From: a virus
Taxonomy: Duplodnaviria > Caudoviricetes
Strand: one strand, 5' to 3'
IMG/VR virus record: IMGVR_UViG_3300046131_000022
Location: 9,146-73,145 of that record
DNA length: 64,000 bases
Positions 43,754-55,900 of this stretch are shown in pieces. Under the pieces are notes generated by a model. It was not told the origin of the DNA, ran no database searches, and was given only the letters and a program-made list of their open reading frames with translations. The position numbers were made by a program, and so were the translations under genes. Numbering within the stretch: position 1 is the stretch's first letter; every line of letters starts with the position of its first letter.

Positions 43754-46700
43754 TCAGTTTGGATTATAGTTAATATTCTCACTACCTAAAGGTGGTACAG
43801 TTATTTCAGACCAAGGGGAGAATGTTGTCCCCCACTGATTTTGTGCTCTTACTTGGATTTTAGTTCCTACGATTCTAGGGTTGGTCACAATGATTCTAGC
43901 AGTTGTTTTGGATTCTCTAACCACATAAAAACTATTTTGGATAAACTCAAAATTATTTGATCCAACGGCGGTTTCAAAACGAACACCAAAAGGATTTGTT
44001 AAACTATTGAGATCAATGTTAGTTTCCCAATCGGGTTGGGTTACATTGATTTGAACATAGCCCTTCACAACTGGTTCTGTAGCTGGAGGTACGATAGGTT
44101 CTGGAGGTAGAACTTGTCCTGAAGAATCTTTATTACTAGAAATAATTTTAGTGAGCTGTGGTTGAATGTAGTTTGCTTCAATATTTGAAGTGTAATTCCA
44201 CACCTCAGAAGAAGCCCTAACACCAGAGCCGTCTCTATCATAAACCAGTTGGAATAGATACTTCCCTTTACCGTGGTTGGGTACGAAGAATTGATTTGTG
44301 TCAGGTGTTAATTTGATATTGTTGACATTCTCTACAGGTGTACTATACGAAAAATATTTAAATTTGTACTCGAACATATCAGATGTTTCTGCTGACCAAG
44401 AAACCTTAATATTTCCTCCTTCGGAAGTTATTCCTTGAAGGATTGGTAGTTTAGAGTCGGCTTCATTATAAGGAACAATATCTCGAATATACTTGGTTTC
44501 ACCTGCTTCACCTTTACGATTATATGGTGTAATAAATAAAGAGATTTTTTTAGTTTCACGATCAAAAGCAGGGAAAAGTTCACCACCTAAACTAAATAGT
44601 CTTTTATTTCTTTGTTCACCAGTTGAGTCGTCTTGCCAAACAACATCGTAGTAATAAGCTTCAACATTGGCTGTGAAATTGAGTTGATAAACCAGTTGAC
44701 CATTGTAGGATGCCCAATCTTTATATCTTAGACGAACATTCTCAACAGAGCTTGGAGCAGGTTCTCTTTTGTATAAAACATCTTCAATATTGTATTGTAA
44801 GTTAACCAATTCTGGGTTGTTGATGTTGTCTACAGCTTCAAATTTTTTCTCTGAAACAATTGCTGCTTTAAACTCAAAAACTTCACCCCCAGAAGGTCCT
44901 GTGGTGTCATCTTGAACCATACCTAAAACACGAAAAACTTTAGGTTGCCCATAAACACCGCCTTTAATAACGATAGGAGTGTTATTCACTAAATATTCAA
45001 TAAATTCAGTAACTTGTGTTATATTTAAAGTATATTCGTCTTCAGAATAAACACCCACTTCGGCTATTCCAAAAGGTGTGTGAAACATAACAATGTAATT
45101 TTGCTCTTTAAAAACTTGATCCCTCAAATGAATTTTATTTAAAACAGAATCAAAAGATTTTATTCTGGCATGGTTGCCCCAACCATTTTCTTTGTGTGCA
45201 ATATAAAAATGGTCATAAATATTAACTAAATGCCCAAGGCGAGGGCATTGAAAAGTTGTAAAAATATCTTCATCCCTATTGGTTAATAGATTATAAACGC
45301 CTTGCCTAATTGCTTCAGAAACATTGGTACAACCTATTGCTTGAAACTCGTAAGGGATAACTCCATATTTATTAATGGACTCATTATCCACAATGGTTCT
45401 ACGATCCTGATCATAATTATTTTCAGAATTGAGAAACGTAACACTAACCTGATTATATTTAGATTCTAAGTCTGCAGAACTATATTGGAAGTTAGGTTGC
45501 GTAATCATTTCTGGAGTTACAAAAAAGTATGGTGTGTTTGGTTTATCCATAAAGCCAAAGTAAACACCATTGATTTCCCTTAATGTGGTATGCGCTGCCC
45601 CTGCAACATAATTAATATAGTCCTTGATTTTTTGTTTTTGTTGAACAACCTCATTAAAAGTGTATCTTGGAGAAACTTCACCTGTTTTCACAGTAGGTAC
45701 TTTCTCATCACAATACTTTGCCAACTTGTAAAAATTGGAATTATCTATTTGAACCCTTCTTTCAACTGAGCGTAAACCCCAATCTTGATTCATGATTAAT
45801 TCACGAAGAATCCAAAAAGGGTTATTAGTCCACCCTTTTTTATAGGTTCCATCCCAAGGGGTAGTTTCATCGTAGGTGTGCTCGAAAGGATTGTAATTTG
45901 AAGGTATTTCACAAATTAAACCATAAAACTCCCCTGAAAAATCTGGGATATTATCAAAACGGTCTGTATGTTGTGCCACAATATGGCATAGAGCTGTCTT
46001 TCTGTACGTTTTTTCGTTGTCGGTGATTAATGCCAAAGACTCTAAAGTTATTTCTTTGTTAGAGAATTTTTTTTCTTCGGACGTTAATTCTTTAGATAAA
46101 CGCATAATTTGGATTTCCCAATCGTGGGTATCTCCTTCTTTATCAAAAATAGGTATTGTTAATTCATACAAATACCCTGCTGTTGTTTTACCTTCAATTC
46201 GCAAAGCACCTGCATTATAAGCGTCTTGAATTTCTTGGTTTTGAGATAGTTGATCTTTAACCGCTTGGGCGTATTTTTGAGCTGCTACGTGTTGAACACT
46301 CATACCTTGCAAACCACTCAAACCATATCCGCTTCCTGTGTAAGAAGGAATATAGTTGTTTGTTAATTGGTCAGCACTTGAAATGATTTGACTATCAGTT
46401 AAAACTTCTTCTGCAAAAGATTTTTTATCTACTTCCGACATAGAATCAAAATCCAAACCCCTTCTGAAAGCTTCCTGTCTAAGTGTTTCTAATAGAGCTT
46501 TATTCCTGTAAAGGGATGCTGTTGTTTCATTAACAACAATCCAATCTGTCGTACCTACTTTTCTATATTTAACCGATAAAAGTAAAGATGATGTACTTGA
46601 ATTTCCTTTAGAATCCCCTGCATAAAGTAAACTAACTAAAAGACGAATATCTATTTGTTTAATTCTTCCTCTATGTGTTGCAGGTGTTATGAAAGTTCTG

Positions 46701-46999
46701 GCAACCTCCCCTGGTAAAGATGTGCTGACAGAACCATTCATAATTGATGCTTCACCACCCATAACGTATTTTATTGGTAGATCATCAAAATAACCTTGTC
46801 TGAAACTAACACATAAATCTTGAAAATTTAGATCGCCTGTTTCAGATTGAAAAGGGACTTGACCAACGTTGAAGGATTCTAAACCATCTTTTAAACCGTA
46901 AATGGTTCCTTCACCAATCGCTGCAACTAATTCAACCATGTCTTGACTATATAAATTATCTGCAGCAATCTTAGGACTTTTTTTACTACTTCCACCCAT
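43754..46999 (-). CDS. Tail tip / central fibre protein (lambda J-like)
   Basis: IGEGTIYGL, WTNNPFWILRELI..DWG, PRYTFN, FQAIGCT...EAIRQG; FN3-like C-terminal region. Confidence 0.88.
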   Translation of the reverse strand: MGGSSKKSPKIAADNLYSQDMVELVAAIGEGTIYGLKDGLESFNVGQVPFQSETGDLNFQDLCVSFRQGYFDDLPIKYVMGGEASIMNGSVSTSLPGEVARTFITPATHRGRIKQIDIRLLVSLLYAGDSKGNSSTSSLLLSVKYRKVGTTDWIVVNETTASLYRNKALLETLRQEAFRRGLDFDSMSEVDKKSFAEEVLTDSQIISSADQLTNNYIPSYTGSGYGLSGLQGMSVQHVAAQKYAQAVKDQLSQNQEIQDAYNAGALRIEGKTTAGYLYELTIPIFDKEGDTHDWEIQIMRLSKELTSEEKKFSNKEITLESLALITDNEKTYRKTALCHIVAQHTDRFDNIPDFSGEFYGLICEIPSNYNPFEHTYDETTPWDGTYKKGWTNNPFWILRELIMNQDWGLRSVERRVQIDNSNFYKLAKYCDEKVPTVKTGEVSPRYTFNEVVQQKQKIKDYINYVAGAAHTTLREINGVYFGFMDKPNTPYFFVTPEMITQPNFQYSSADLESKYNQVSVTFLNSENNYDQDRRTIVDNESINKYGVIPYEFQAIGCTNVSEAIRQGVYNLLTNRDEDIFTTFQCPRLGHLVNIYDHFYIAHKENGWGNHARIKSFDSVLNKIHLRDQVFKEQNYIVMFHTPFGIAEVGVYSEDEYTLNITQVTEFIEYLVNNTPIVIKGGVYGQPKVFRVLGMVQDDTTGPSGGEVFEFKAAIVSEKKFEAVDNINNPELVNLQYNIEDVLYKREPAPSSVENVRLRYKDWASYNGQLVYQLNFTANVEAYYYDVVWQDDSTGEQRNKRLFSLGGELFPAFDRETKKISLFITPYNRKGEAGETKYIRDIVPYNEADSKLPILQGITSEGGNIKVSWSAETSDMFEYKFKYFSYSTPVENVNNIKLTPDTNQFFVPNHGKGKYLFQLVYDRDGSGVRASSEVWNYTSNIEANYIQPQLTKIISSNKDSSGQVLPPEPIVPPATEPVVKGYVQINVTQPDWETNIDLNSLTNPFGVRFETAVGSNNFEFIQNSFYVVRESKTTARIIVTNPRIVGTKIQVRAQNQWGTTFSPWSEITVPPLGSENINYNPN

Positions 47000-47000
47000 T

Positions 47001-47804
47001 TTAAAACTCCAAACCTGTTCTGTTTAATTCATTATCTACCTGCAGCAATTTAGTCTCATCACCTGCCTGATAAACACCATAAAACTTTTTCAAATTAACA
47101 CTTGGCATGTGTTCATCGACTTTTTCTTTGAAATATGGTGATGTGTCTGGTTGATCTACACCATCGTAATTTCTAGCGTCAACATTAAAACTCACTAAAT
47201 GGAAATAAGCTTTGTGAAGTCCAAAGATCATTTGAATAGGTGTGCCCAATTCAGTTGTGGTATTTGTGCCGAACTTTCTTGAACTCTTATTTCCTTCAGC
47301 ATCCTTTGGTTTTGGAGCCAACAATTGCATTAAACCTGTGAGCACTAAAGAAACACCTATGGACATAGCCATTTGTGCAGCAAAAGCACCATAAGAGAAG
47401 CTACCTGCTGTTGCTGCTGCTCCACCTGCTGCTGCTCCACCTGCTACGGCTGCACCTTGACCTGCTAAATAGTATTGTTGTGTGATTACTGCAGCAACAA
47501 TGATAACAACACCGATGACGACATTGACAAGACCGTTGTCGCTGCCACTGCCTGAATAAACACTTTGCTGTAGATCAATTTTATCTGCAGGGATGATTTC
47601 AAAAGTTTTATTTCTTACAGTGGTATCACCTAATAAAGACAAACTTTTTGATTGCTTGATTCTCACAGCTATGGGTTTAATTTTACCTACCAATGGATGG
47701 TTTTCAGCCAATAATTTTAAAGCGTCTAGTGGAGTAGACGCTTTAATCTGATATTCTTTTTGAGGGAATAAATCCAACAATGAATCATCAAAAACGATTT
47801 TCAT
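47001..47804 (-). CDS. Tail assembly protein (lambda I-like)
   Basis: Ubiquitin-like N-terminus, hydrophobic Gly/Ala stretch, TT.LGTPIQMIFG. Confidence 0.75.
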   Translation of the reverse strand: MKIVFDDSLLDLFPQKEYQIKASTPLDALKLLAENHPLVGKIKPIAVRIKQSKSLSLLGDTTVRNKTFEIIPADKIDLQQSVYSGSGSDNGLVNVVIGVVIIVAAVITQQYYLAGQGAAVAGGAAAGGAAATAGSFSYGAFAAQMAMSIGVSLVLTGLMQLLAPKPKDAEGNKSSRKFGTNTTTELGTPIQMIFGLHKAYFHLVSFNVDARNYDGVDQPDTSPYFKEKVDEHMPSVNLKKFYGVYQAGDETKLLQVDNELNRTGLEF

Positions 47805-47806
47805 AT

Positions 47807-48112
47807 TTACTCTCGTTTAAATACTAAATTTTCTCGAACATAATATTCTGAGAAAGAGTCCTTGATATATATTCTATGAATAAAATCTGGAAATTGTAAG
47901 AACTTAATATAATCTTCCGTACTTAAATTTTCATCGTTGTTGGGGTGACTGTGCCAGAAACCTACCACGTTGTTTGGTAGATTTTCTATGTTGAAAGAAA
48001 AATCTCTTTTTGGATCTGCAGCTAAATTTTCAACCTCAACAGTTGAACCGTCGTTAAGAATAAAACCACAAAGTTCTTTATGGGGATGCCAATTATTCAA
48101 CATATTTTTCAA
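47807..48112 (-). CDS. JAB/MPN-domain protein (lambda K N-terminal half)
   Basis: ELCGFI, FWHSHP....LS.ED. Confidence 0.82.
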   Translation of the reverse strand: MKNMLNNWHPHKELCGFILNDGSTVEVENLAADPKRDFSFNIENLPNNVVGFWHSHPNNDENLSTEDYIKFLQFPDFIHRIYIKDSFSEYYVRENLVFKRE

Positions 48113-48566
48113 CCTTTAAATAATCAGGAATAACATCTAAAATATTGAGCTTTTCCTTGGTCACAGGAACATCAACATGGTAAACAGCCATATATAATCG
48201 TCTCAACCATCTTTGATCTAAATTTTCCTCTCTTGGTTGAGCGTCAAACATCTGGTGCAAAAATAAGTTGTTTCCTAAATAAACCCCAACATGGTTGACT
48301 AACTCAGCTCCAGCAACTCGAAAAGCTAAAATATCCCCTTCCTTAAAATCAGTAGGACATAAACCACGTTCTTTAAATTCAGGTTGAGCCACTATTCGAG
48401 CATACAAATTAATCCTTGGATCATAAAAATTTCGAGGTCTTGCATAATTTGGTAAAAGAATACCAAAAGCGTTTTTATACAGGTCCCGAACTAAGCCAAA
48501 GCAATCGTCAGAACCCATTTTGTAATTTCTGGCAAGCAAATCTTTGTATAGTTGGTAATTAATCAT
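48093..48566 (-). CDS. NlpC/P60 protein (lambda K C-terminal half)
   Basis: DDCFGLVRD, NHVGVYLG..LFLH. Confidence 0.85.
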   Translation of the reverse strand: MINYQLYKDLLARNYKMGSDDCFGLVRDLYKNAFGILLPNYARPRNFYDPRINLYARIVAQPEFKERGLCPTDFKEGDILAFRVAGAELVNHVGVYLGNNLFLHQMFDAQPREENLDQRWLRRLYMAVYHVDVPVTKEKLNILDVIPDYLKVEKYVE

Positions 48567-49081
48567 GAGTTCACGCTCGAAAATTCTGGAGCATAATAAG
48601 CTCTAGGTGGTATTGTTGTGTTTGGGCAATCTGAAATAGCTCGTAACCTTAAAGTTATTTTAGTGCTAATTCCACTGACTTGATAAACTTGCCAAACAGA
48701 GGTTGCCAAAAGTAAACCATCTAAACCATTTTCTGTTTCAAATTGCATTTCATAGTGTGTGATTAAAGCGTAATCTAGGTTTTTCCCTAATAAGTATTGA
48801 TTAAACATAAAATTAGGGTTCTCAAACTCAAACATAGGTCTGACATATTCATTGTTAAATGTTTGAGAATTCCCTGAAATGGCACAAGACATGAAAGTGT
48901 ATTCATCACCTAAAAAGTCCTGAACGGTGAAGGAATCACACATGTAAATTTCTTTTTGATCGACTGTAACAATCTTGAATAGATTAACTTTTCTAATCTG
49001 TTCAAGATCCGTTACGTTGACTAAATCAAGCTTTTGGCTCATAAACTGTTTCATCCTCATGAGTTTTGTATGGTGTTTCAA
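48563..49081 (-). CDS. Minor tail protein (lambda L-like); start may be near 49042
   Basis: Position between Dit and K; C-terminal IPPRAYYAPEF. Confidence 0.65.
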   Translation of the reverse strand: MKHHTKLMRMKQFMSQKLDLVNVTDLEQIRKVNLFKIVTVDQKEIYMCDSFTVQDFLGDEYTFMSCAISGNSQTFNNEYVRPMFEFENPNFMFNQYLLGKNLDYALITHYEMQFETENGLDGLLLATSVWQVYQVSGISTKITLRLRAISDCPNTTIPPRAYYAPEFSSVNS

Positions 49082-49934
49082 CCAAAACTAATTCTATTTT
49101 AGAAATTATACCTGTATTACCCTCCACCTTGGAAATACCTATAGGTTCTTTAAAACGAACAGGAATAATTTCCCCCAAATAATCAAAATCAAATTTTTTA
49201 CTTAGTCTATGTTTTAAGTAGAACAATTCCAATAAAGCCATATTCTGCTCTGGACAATGGCTTATAACTATTTTATCTTTAGAATCAAAGACATATTTCA
49301 AACCACTACAAGTTAATTTGAATGTTCGTATGTCCCTACCTATTTTTTTAAATGATAAAGTATAGTTATTTCCCAAAGGGATTAGATTTGAGCTGTCAGG
49401 ATAATCAATTTCAACGTCAAAATATTCCAATGGGAAAGGCAAATCCCCATCCAGATTTTCACCTTTTTGAAAAGTAAAATCAGTAGTAACCACTTCTTGA
49501 AGTTCCAAGGTGAACCCTTCAACGATTCCTTTCCCTCCCTGTTTTTTCAAAGGCAAGGTCAAGGCTTTTGCAAATCTAACAACTAAATCACCATAAATAG
49601 GGTGTTCGTAAATAAAAGGTTTGTGACTTTTATGTTTTAAATAAAATTTCTGCAGTTCCCTAAAATCAAGCTCTGGTCTATAAGCTAAACCAGTGTATTT
49701 TGCATAATCTGTTTCCTGTAACATCAACATGGGAAATTCCAAGCTGAATAATCTGACAGGTTTTATAGTTTTGTAAGGTACATAGGTTTGAGTTCCTTCT
49801 AAACCTACGGAAGCATGAACAAATGGTTCAATATATTTAGTACCAAAGTTGTGATAGTTCCATATAAAACGATCCATAGAAGGGTCTGTAATGACCCTTC
49901 TTGTGAAACGTTGAGTGTAGTCGAAAGCACTCAT
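49026..49934 (-). CDS. Distal tail protein (tandem M-like domains)
   Basis: Directly after tape measure; two similar halves (F.L.F/C..L...L..FY..H...K.F....G...VRF). Confidence 0.65.
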   Translation of the reverse strand: MSAFDYTQRFTRRVITDPSMDRFIWNYHNFGTKYIEPFVHASVGLEGTQTYVPYKTIKPVRLFSLEFPMLMLQETDYAKYTGLAYRPELDFRELQKFYLKHKSHKPFIYEHPIYGDLVVRFAKALTLPLKKQGGKGIVEGFTLELQEVVTTDFTFQKGENLDGDLPFPLEYFDVEIDYPDSSNLIPLGNNYTLSFKKIGRDIRTFKLTCSGLKYVFDSKDKIVISHCPEQNMALLELFYLKHRLSKKFDFDYLGEIIPVRFKEPIGISKVEGNTGIISKIELVLVETPYKTHEDETVYEPKA

Positions 49935-52900
49935 TCAGCATTCACCTGTTTAATTAATTGTTTGAGTTCACCATTTCTAGCAATATTATCAGAAACAGCA
50001 ACAACAATGTCGTTTGCCCCAATAGTGCTTGGAACTGCCGACGGTGCAACCATATAAATGTTACTTTGAACTGATTTGTTAATTTGAGGTCTATTCCCTA
50101 AATTAGTTCCTTTGATTGCATCCATTACACCATTAGGGTCGTCTTTCAATTTATTCAAGAAACTTCTACCCACAACCTCAGTAGATTTAGTTGGTAAATA
50201 ATATTCACCAGGCATGGACATAATAGGTACAGAGTCTTTGTTTGGAATACCTCCAATAACTTCACCACCTTCTGCCATAGGAATAAACCCTCCTTGGTTA
50301 TTTATTACAGACTGAGAAGTTATTCCTGAATCATTCCAACCTGCACCAAGTCCTTGTGTAGTTGCACCAGAACTTTGAACCCCTGCAGCTTGAGCACCAC
50401 CTGAACCTAAACCACCGTACCATCCTGTGAAAGCTCCAACACCTGCTTGAACAAGAGCAGACAAACCAACGTTCCACCACTGGGAACCATTGTTGGCTGA
50501 CGAAGCGTTCTGTCCCATCATTTGACCACTTAAAGCAGCACTACTTGAAGTTGGTGCACCTCCAAATATAAACCCAACCATCATATCAACAAATTTATTC
50601 ACCATTCTATTTTGAACAACTTTAGCAATGGTTGAGATAATGTCGTAACCAAAAGCTTTGAAGGCTTCACGAGATTCACTTGAACCGCCTGTGATAATTT
50701 TAAAGAAGTCATCCACATTATCACTGGCTGAAATCGCTGTGTTGATTAGGTTATTGAATGCTGAGTTAATTCCGCCAATTGTTGTTTGAATATCCCGTTC
50801 ATATCCTGCAGCCGACTTATCCATTCTCACAGCTTCACCACTGATACTTTTAAAGGTATCTGCCATGTTATAGCGATCAGCCGTATTGTCTGCAGCTTTA
50901 GCACTTAACTCATTATCAAGGTTTCTAGCTGTTTCCTGAAGTTTTAACAAATCAGTTTTGTGCTTCTGAATATCTCGACTCACTTTATCCATTTCTTTTT
51001 GTTGAGCTGTTTTCATCATTGAAAGTTCATCAGCAGAAAGATTTGAATCTAAATTTAAATTTTGTTGAAGTTCAAATTCTTTAAATTTAATTTCTGATTC
51101 AGAAATTTTATCTTGAATTTTTTGAATTTGCTGTAGGGTAATATCTCTCTCAGCCATGATATAGTTTTGATTAACTTCATCCACTCGGCTGCTTTGAGTT
51201 TGAATAGCTAAATCTAAATCTTTACGCTCAGCATCCGTAAACTGATTTTTAAATCTAGGATCGTCCATAGCTGTTCTGCGATTTCGCATATCCGTAATGC
51301 CTAACTCATCTTCAATTTTCCAAGTTGACTGTTGTTTATTGAAGGCATTAATTGTTAAAGCATCTTGGAAAGGCTCATCCAAAGCTTGCATTTCAGACTT
51401 AAAATCATCAACGAATTGTTTATTTTGATCTTTAACCATATCTGCGAAAGCTTTGGCAGACTCCTTCAATCTAGCTTTTCTCTTTGTATCTAAATCCTTG
51501 TTTATGCTTGACAACTCTCTGTCTAAACGAATTTGAGCTACAGCAGCAATGGATTTTGAAATAACAAAATCTGTAGAGTTAGCCCCATAATCGGCAGCTT
51601 GGAGTTGTTCCATTTCCACCTTTATTCTTGCTTGGTCTTGTTTAAGTTGTTTTGATTTAGCACTAAGTTCATCTTGTTTTTTATTAAAAGCTTTTAAATT
51701 CCCATCGGTTTGTGGGTCAAACTTATCTTTTAATTGTGCGTCAACTTCAACAATTTGGTTTTGAAGTAACTCACTCTGTAGGGTCAATCTTTCTAGGCTT
51801 TCTTTACGAACCTGATCTTGTTCCGCACGAGCAGACCTTAATGTATTGTTGACAGAAGCACTTACATCAGCCATTTTTTTTGAAATTGCTTTTTCATGTG
51901 CGATTAATTCTTTATATTTCTCCTTTTGATCATCAGTCATTTTATTTACGTCTTTAGGAAGCTGATTCAATTGAGCCACAACCTCATCATGATAAGACTT
52001 CAAAATTTGGCTTTGTGTCACATTTTCAGCAACCTGCTCTGGTAATTTATTTTGTTGAAGAACAACATTACCGAAGCTACCTTTCTGTATAGCATTAACT
52101 GTAGAAAAGATTCCTTTTGTGTAAGAATTAGCTTCACCAGATCTTTTGTTTGAACCATTTTTTTGTTCTTTTTGCCAATTACCTAGTCCCATATAGTATG
52201 CTCTTGAAGCACTGTATAAAGTACCATCGGTTGAATCCATCATTTTTTTTAAATATTTAGCACCTGCTAAAATATTATCTTTGTAACTACTTGATATTGT
52301 TGAGTAATTTGAACCAACATCTAGTGCTGCCCCTCTAGTGACCTGCATTAAACCTACTGCACTTGTGGTTGAGCCGTCGGGGTTTTTTCCTAATAAGCCT
52401 TTATCCTTACTTATTCCTGATTCTTGAGCCATGTGTGCAATAATATATTCAGGCGGTAAACCTGTTTGTGCTGCAGCTTCATTCACAAAACCCATTAGGT
52501 CTTCACGTAAAAAACGTAAATTTTCAGAGCTTACAGCTTTAGCTTTTGTTGGATCAACAACAGATAAAGCTTTACCCCATTTAACCTTATATTGTTGTTG
52601 TAAAGAACCATCTAATAATTGTTGGTTTAAAGTGTTTTCATAACCTTGTGATCTCGCTTGATTATCCGTACTTTCCGCTTGAAGCAATGGTCCAGAGATT
52701 GAGTTTAGATATGTTTGAATATCTTGAACAGTTTTAGCCAAGTTGGTTACGCTGTCTGCAGAAACCCTAGCGTTCGCTCTGGCATCTAAAGCAACTTTTG
52801 TATTGTTGGCTGCTTTTAAATAACCGTCACGAGCTTTATTCAAATTAGTCAACAATAGGTTGGCTGTTTTAAGCCACTCTGGGGCTTTACGCATAACCTC

Positions 52901-55900
52901 ATCAGAAGCTTGTGGGGTCATTAAATCAGCGTGTAAATTTTCCAACATTTTATTCATGTCGGTTCCAGACGCACCACCTTTGTTAAATTTAGCTACTTCA
53001 TTAAAAACATCTAAACTTGTTGCTTGATTGTTGAAAGCACCCATTAAAGTAAAAAACTCTGTAGCAGCATCCCCACTGGGGTTTTGTGGGGCTAAACCAC
53101 TTTGTTTTTTTAAATTATAAGCATCATAAATTAAACCATAACCGCCTTTGTTTGCCCCACTGATAGAGGTTGGTAAATTTTTTCGTGCTTCTTCAGCCCT
53201 CATTTGAGCTGTTAAAGCTGATAAATTTCTTAGTTCAGAAACTTGGCGATCCAGATTCATTTCTAACTCTTTACCAAGTTCTACTCTAAGTTCTTGCCAA
53301 CCTTTTTTAACAGAGTCGATGCTTCCTGTTAGGTCTGTTTCGAGGGTTACGCCAAGTTCCATTGCTTTCGTTCTGAGATTACTCATTTCAACGGCTAACG
53401 CTGCTGGATCATCTTTGATATTTTCAAAACGAGATTCTAAAGAAGTTAACTTGTTGGTTACTTCGGTAATTGCTCCCTGCAAACTTGTTGACCCATCTTT
53501 TAAATTATTTAAAGAGGTTTTACTGTCTTCAACAGCTATTTTTAAATCTTGATTAGATTTTTTAAATAATTGGAATCCTAAAATAGCTGCAGAAATAACA
53601 ACTGATAGACCCATAATAATTGGGTTCGTTAAAGCTATGGCTGCTGAACCTGCTCGTATGGCTGTTACTAAACCTGCAATAGCCCCAACCATACCTCTGA
53701 CAAGTATAGTTGCTCCCCCTAATGCAACACCCATTGTTGTTGTTTGAATAGTGAACCGAACAACACCATTGTTTGTTGCGTCAACTAAAATGGTTGTAAC
53801 ATCACCTACAACATTGAATAAGTCAGTTAGTGATTGTCTAACACCACCCCCTGCTACTTCTGCCAGAGCTTTAAATTGGTTAAACATTCGGTCAGTTTGA
53901 GCACCTAACGAGTTCATTTGAATCTCATTGGCTTCCATAGCTGCAGTGTTATTGTCCAAGTTAGCTGATAAGTTATCGTAGGTATCTAAATTATTTGCCA
54001 AGGCGGTGTAGAAAGCCACTGATCGAACTTCAAAGGATTCATAAGCGTCTGCGGTGCTAAATCCAGCTTCTTTTAATTTTTTAAGCGATCCAACTAAACC
54101 ATTTGTTCTAACATCAATATCAGCCGTGGTTAAACCTAAACGAGATAGAATTTTTTCAAATTTAGCCGACGGTGCAATTAAATCAGTTAATAATTGTCTA
54201 AAGCCAGTACCTAATGTTGAACCTGAACGGACACCTGCGTTTGCCACTGTTGACACAGAAGCCAATAATTCTTCAAAATTTAAACCTGCGTCTGAAGCTG
54301 CGTTACCTGCATATTGAACAGCTAATTGGAATTTTTGAATATCCAATTTAGATAAGTTCATTGCTTGTGTAATTTGGTTCACAATTCTCGGCATATTGTC
54401 TGCAGATAATTGGAATGCCCCCAAAGAAGCTGTCGCAATATCTACAGTTTCTTTTAAAGAAGATCCTGTCGCTGTAGCCAATAAGGTTACTGATTCCAAG
54501 GTCTTCTGAATTTCAGCTAAAGAGAAACCTGCCTGAGCTAAAGTGGTTGCTGCTTCAGTAATTTCAATCGCTGTAAATCTTGAGTTTTCACCCACCTCTA
54601 AAATAGAATTTTTCAAACCTTGCATTTGAGTATCTGTGGCTTGAGAAATGGCTTGGGTTTGTTTTAAAGCAACCTCAAAATCACGCAAAAAAGCATAACT
54701 TCCAGTGATGGAACCCATGAATGCGCCCCACAACATGTAGTTACGCATTAACAAACCCTGCATACCTAATAATGCACCACTTGATTCACCAGTGTTCATT
54801 TGATTTAAGCGATCAACGAAACTATTTGGTCTGTTTGCTCTATTTAATTCGTTATTTCTTGCTCGAATTAAATCAAGTTCTTTTTGGTATGCTACGGCTA
54901 ATGCTTCGGCTTCTTTTTTCGCCTTAGCATTTCCTAAAGATTCTGCTTGGAACATTACTTCTTTAGCTTGGGACAATCTCTTTGTCATCGTCATTTGTCG
55001 AGCAATCAAATTGTCGGGGCTAAGCTGAGCAATTCGTTCCGCACTTAACGTATTTACTTTTAAACCACCTTGGGTTAAGTCGTTTAAACGCTGATTTGTT
55101 CTTGTTAAATCATTGCTTTGTTTTAATTTTTGAATTTGATCATCTGTAGCCCTTACATTTGCCCTTCTCAAATTTTGAATAGCCTGAAGTCTTACTTTTT
55201 CTTCTTCAAGTTTAGATAATAGTTGGCTGTATTGGTTCAACTGCTGTGTGATTTGGGGGTTTTTAGTTGGGTCTTGTAAATATAATTGACCCATTAGGCG
55301 TTGTGCTGCTGATATTTTAGAAGCATTTGCTTCTAAATCTTTACGAACTTGATCCGTTCCCACTTTGTTTGATAAATAATCTCGATTAGCAGGTACTAAT
55401 CTGGAAGGGTCAGACATGTATCGCTGTACTGCAGATTCTCTTGCACCAGAGTAGAATTGGCTTTGTTGTCTGGCATCAATGGTTCTTTGCATTGCAGCTT
55501 GACCTGCAGGGAGGTTAAGCATGTTTTGAATAGACGCATTTTGTTCTCGTCTAATAAATTCAAAACCTTTAAATTCTATATTCAGTTGTCTTAAAGTGTT
55601 TTTATATTGTACTAAAGCTTTTTCAGCATTCTTAATTTTTTGAATGTCACCGTTGATATTTGCTAAATCAAGGCGTGTTTTAAGGGCTTGTCGTACAATA
55701 GAAGCATCGTATTGTTGCAGAACTGTATTCATAGTTCTTGCATCTTGAAACTTCATTGGTGAATTTACTAATGAATTAATTTGGCTTGCTTGTTGAGCTT
55801 TACTAATGTTTTGATAGAACCTTTGAGCCAACATGTCGGGTGTTGTCATCATTAGTTCTGTTTGTTGTTTTAAATTTTTAAGTGTTTTATTAGTGGGTAT

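Noticed and set aside
43754-46999. DGR or invertible cassette at the tail tip gene
   Set aside because: No reverse transcriptase, invertase, or duplicated template/variable repeat noticed.
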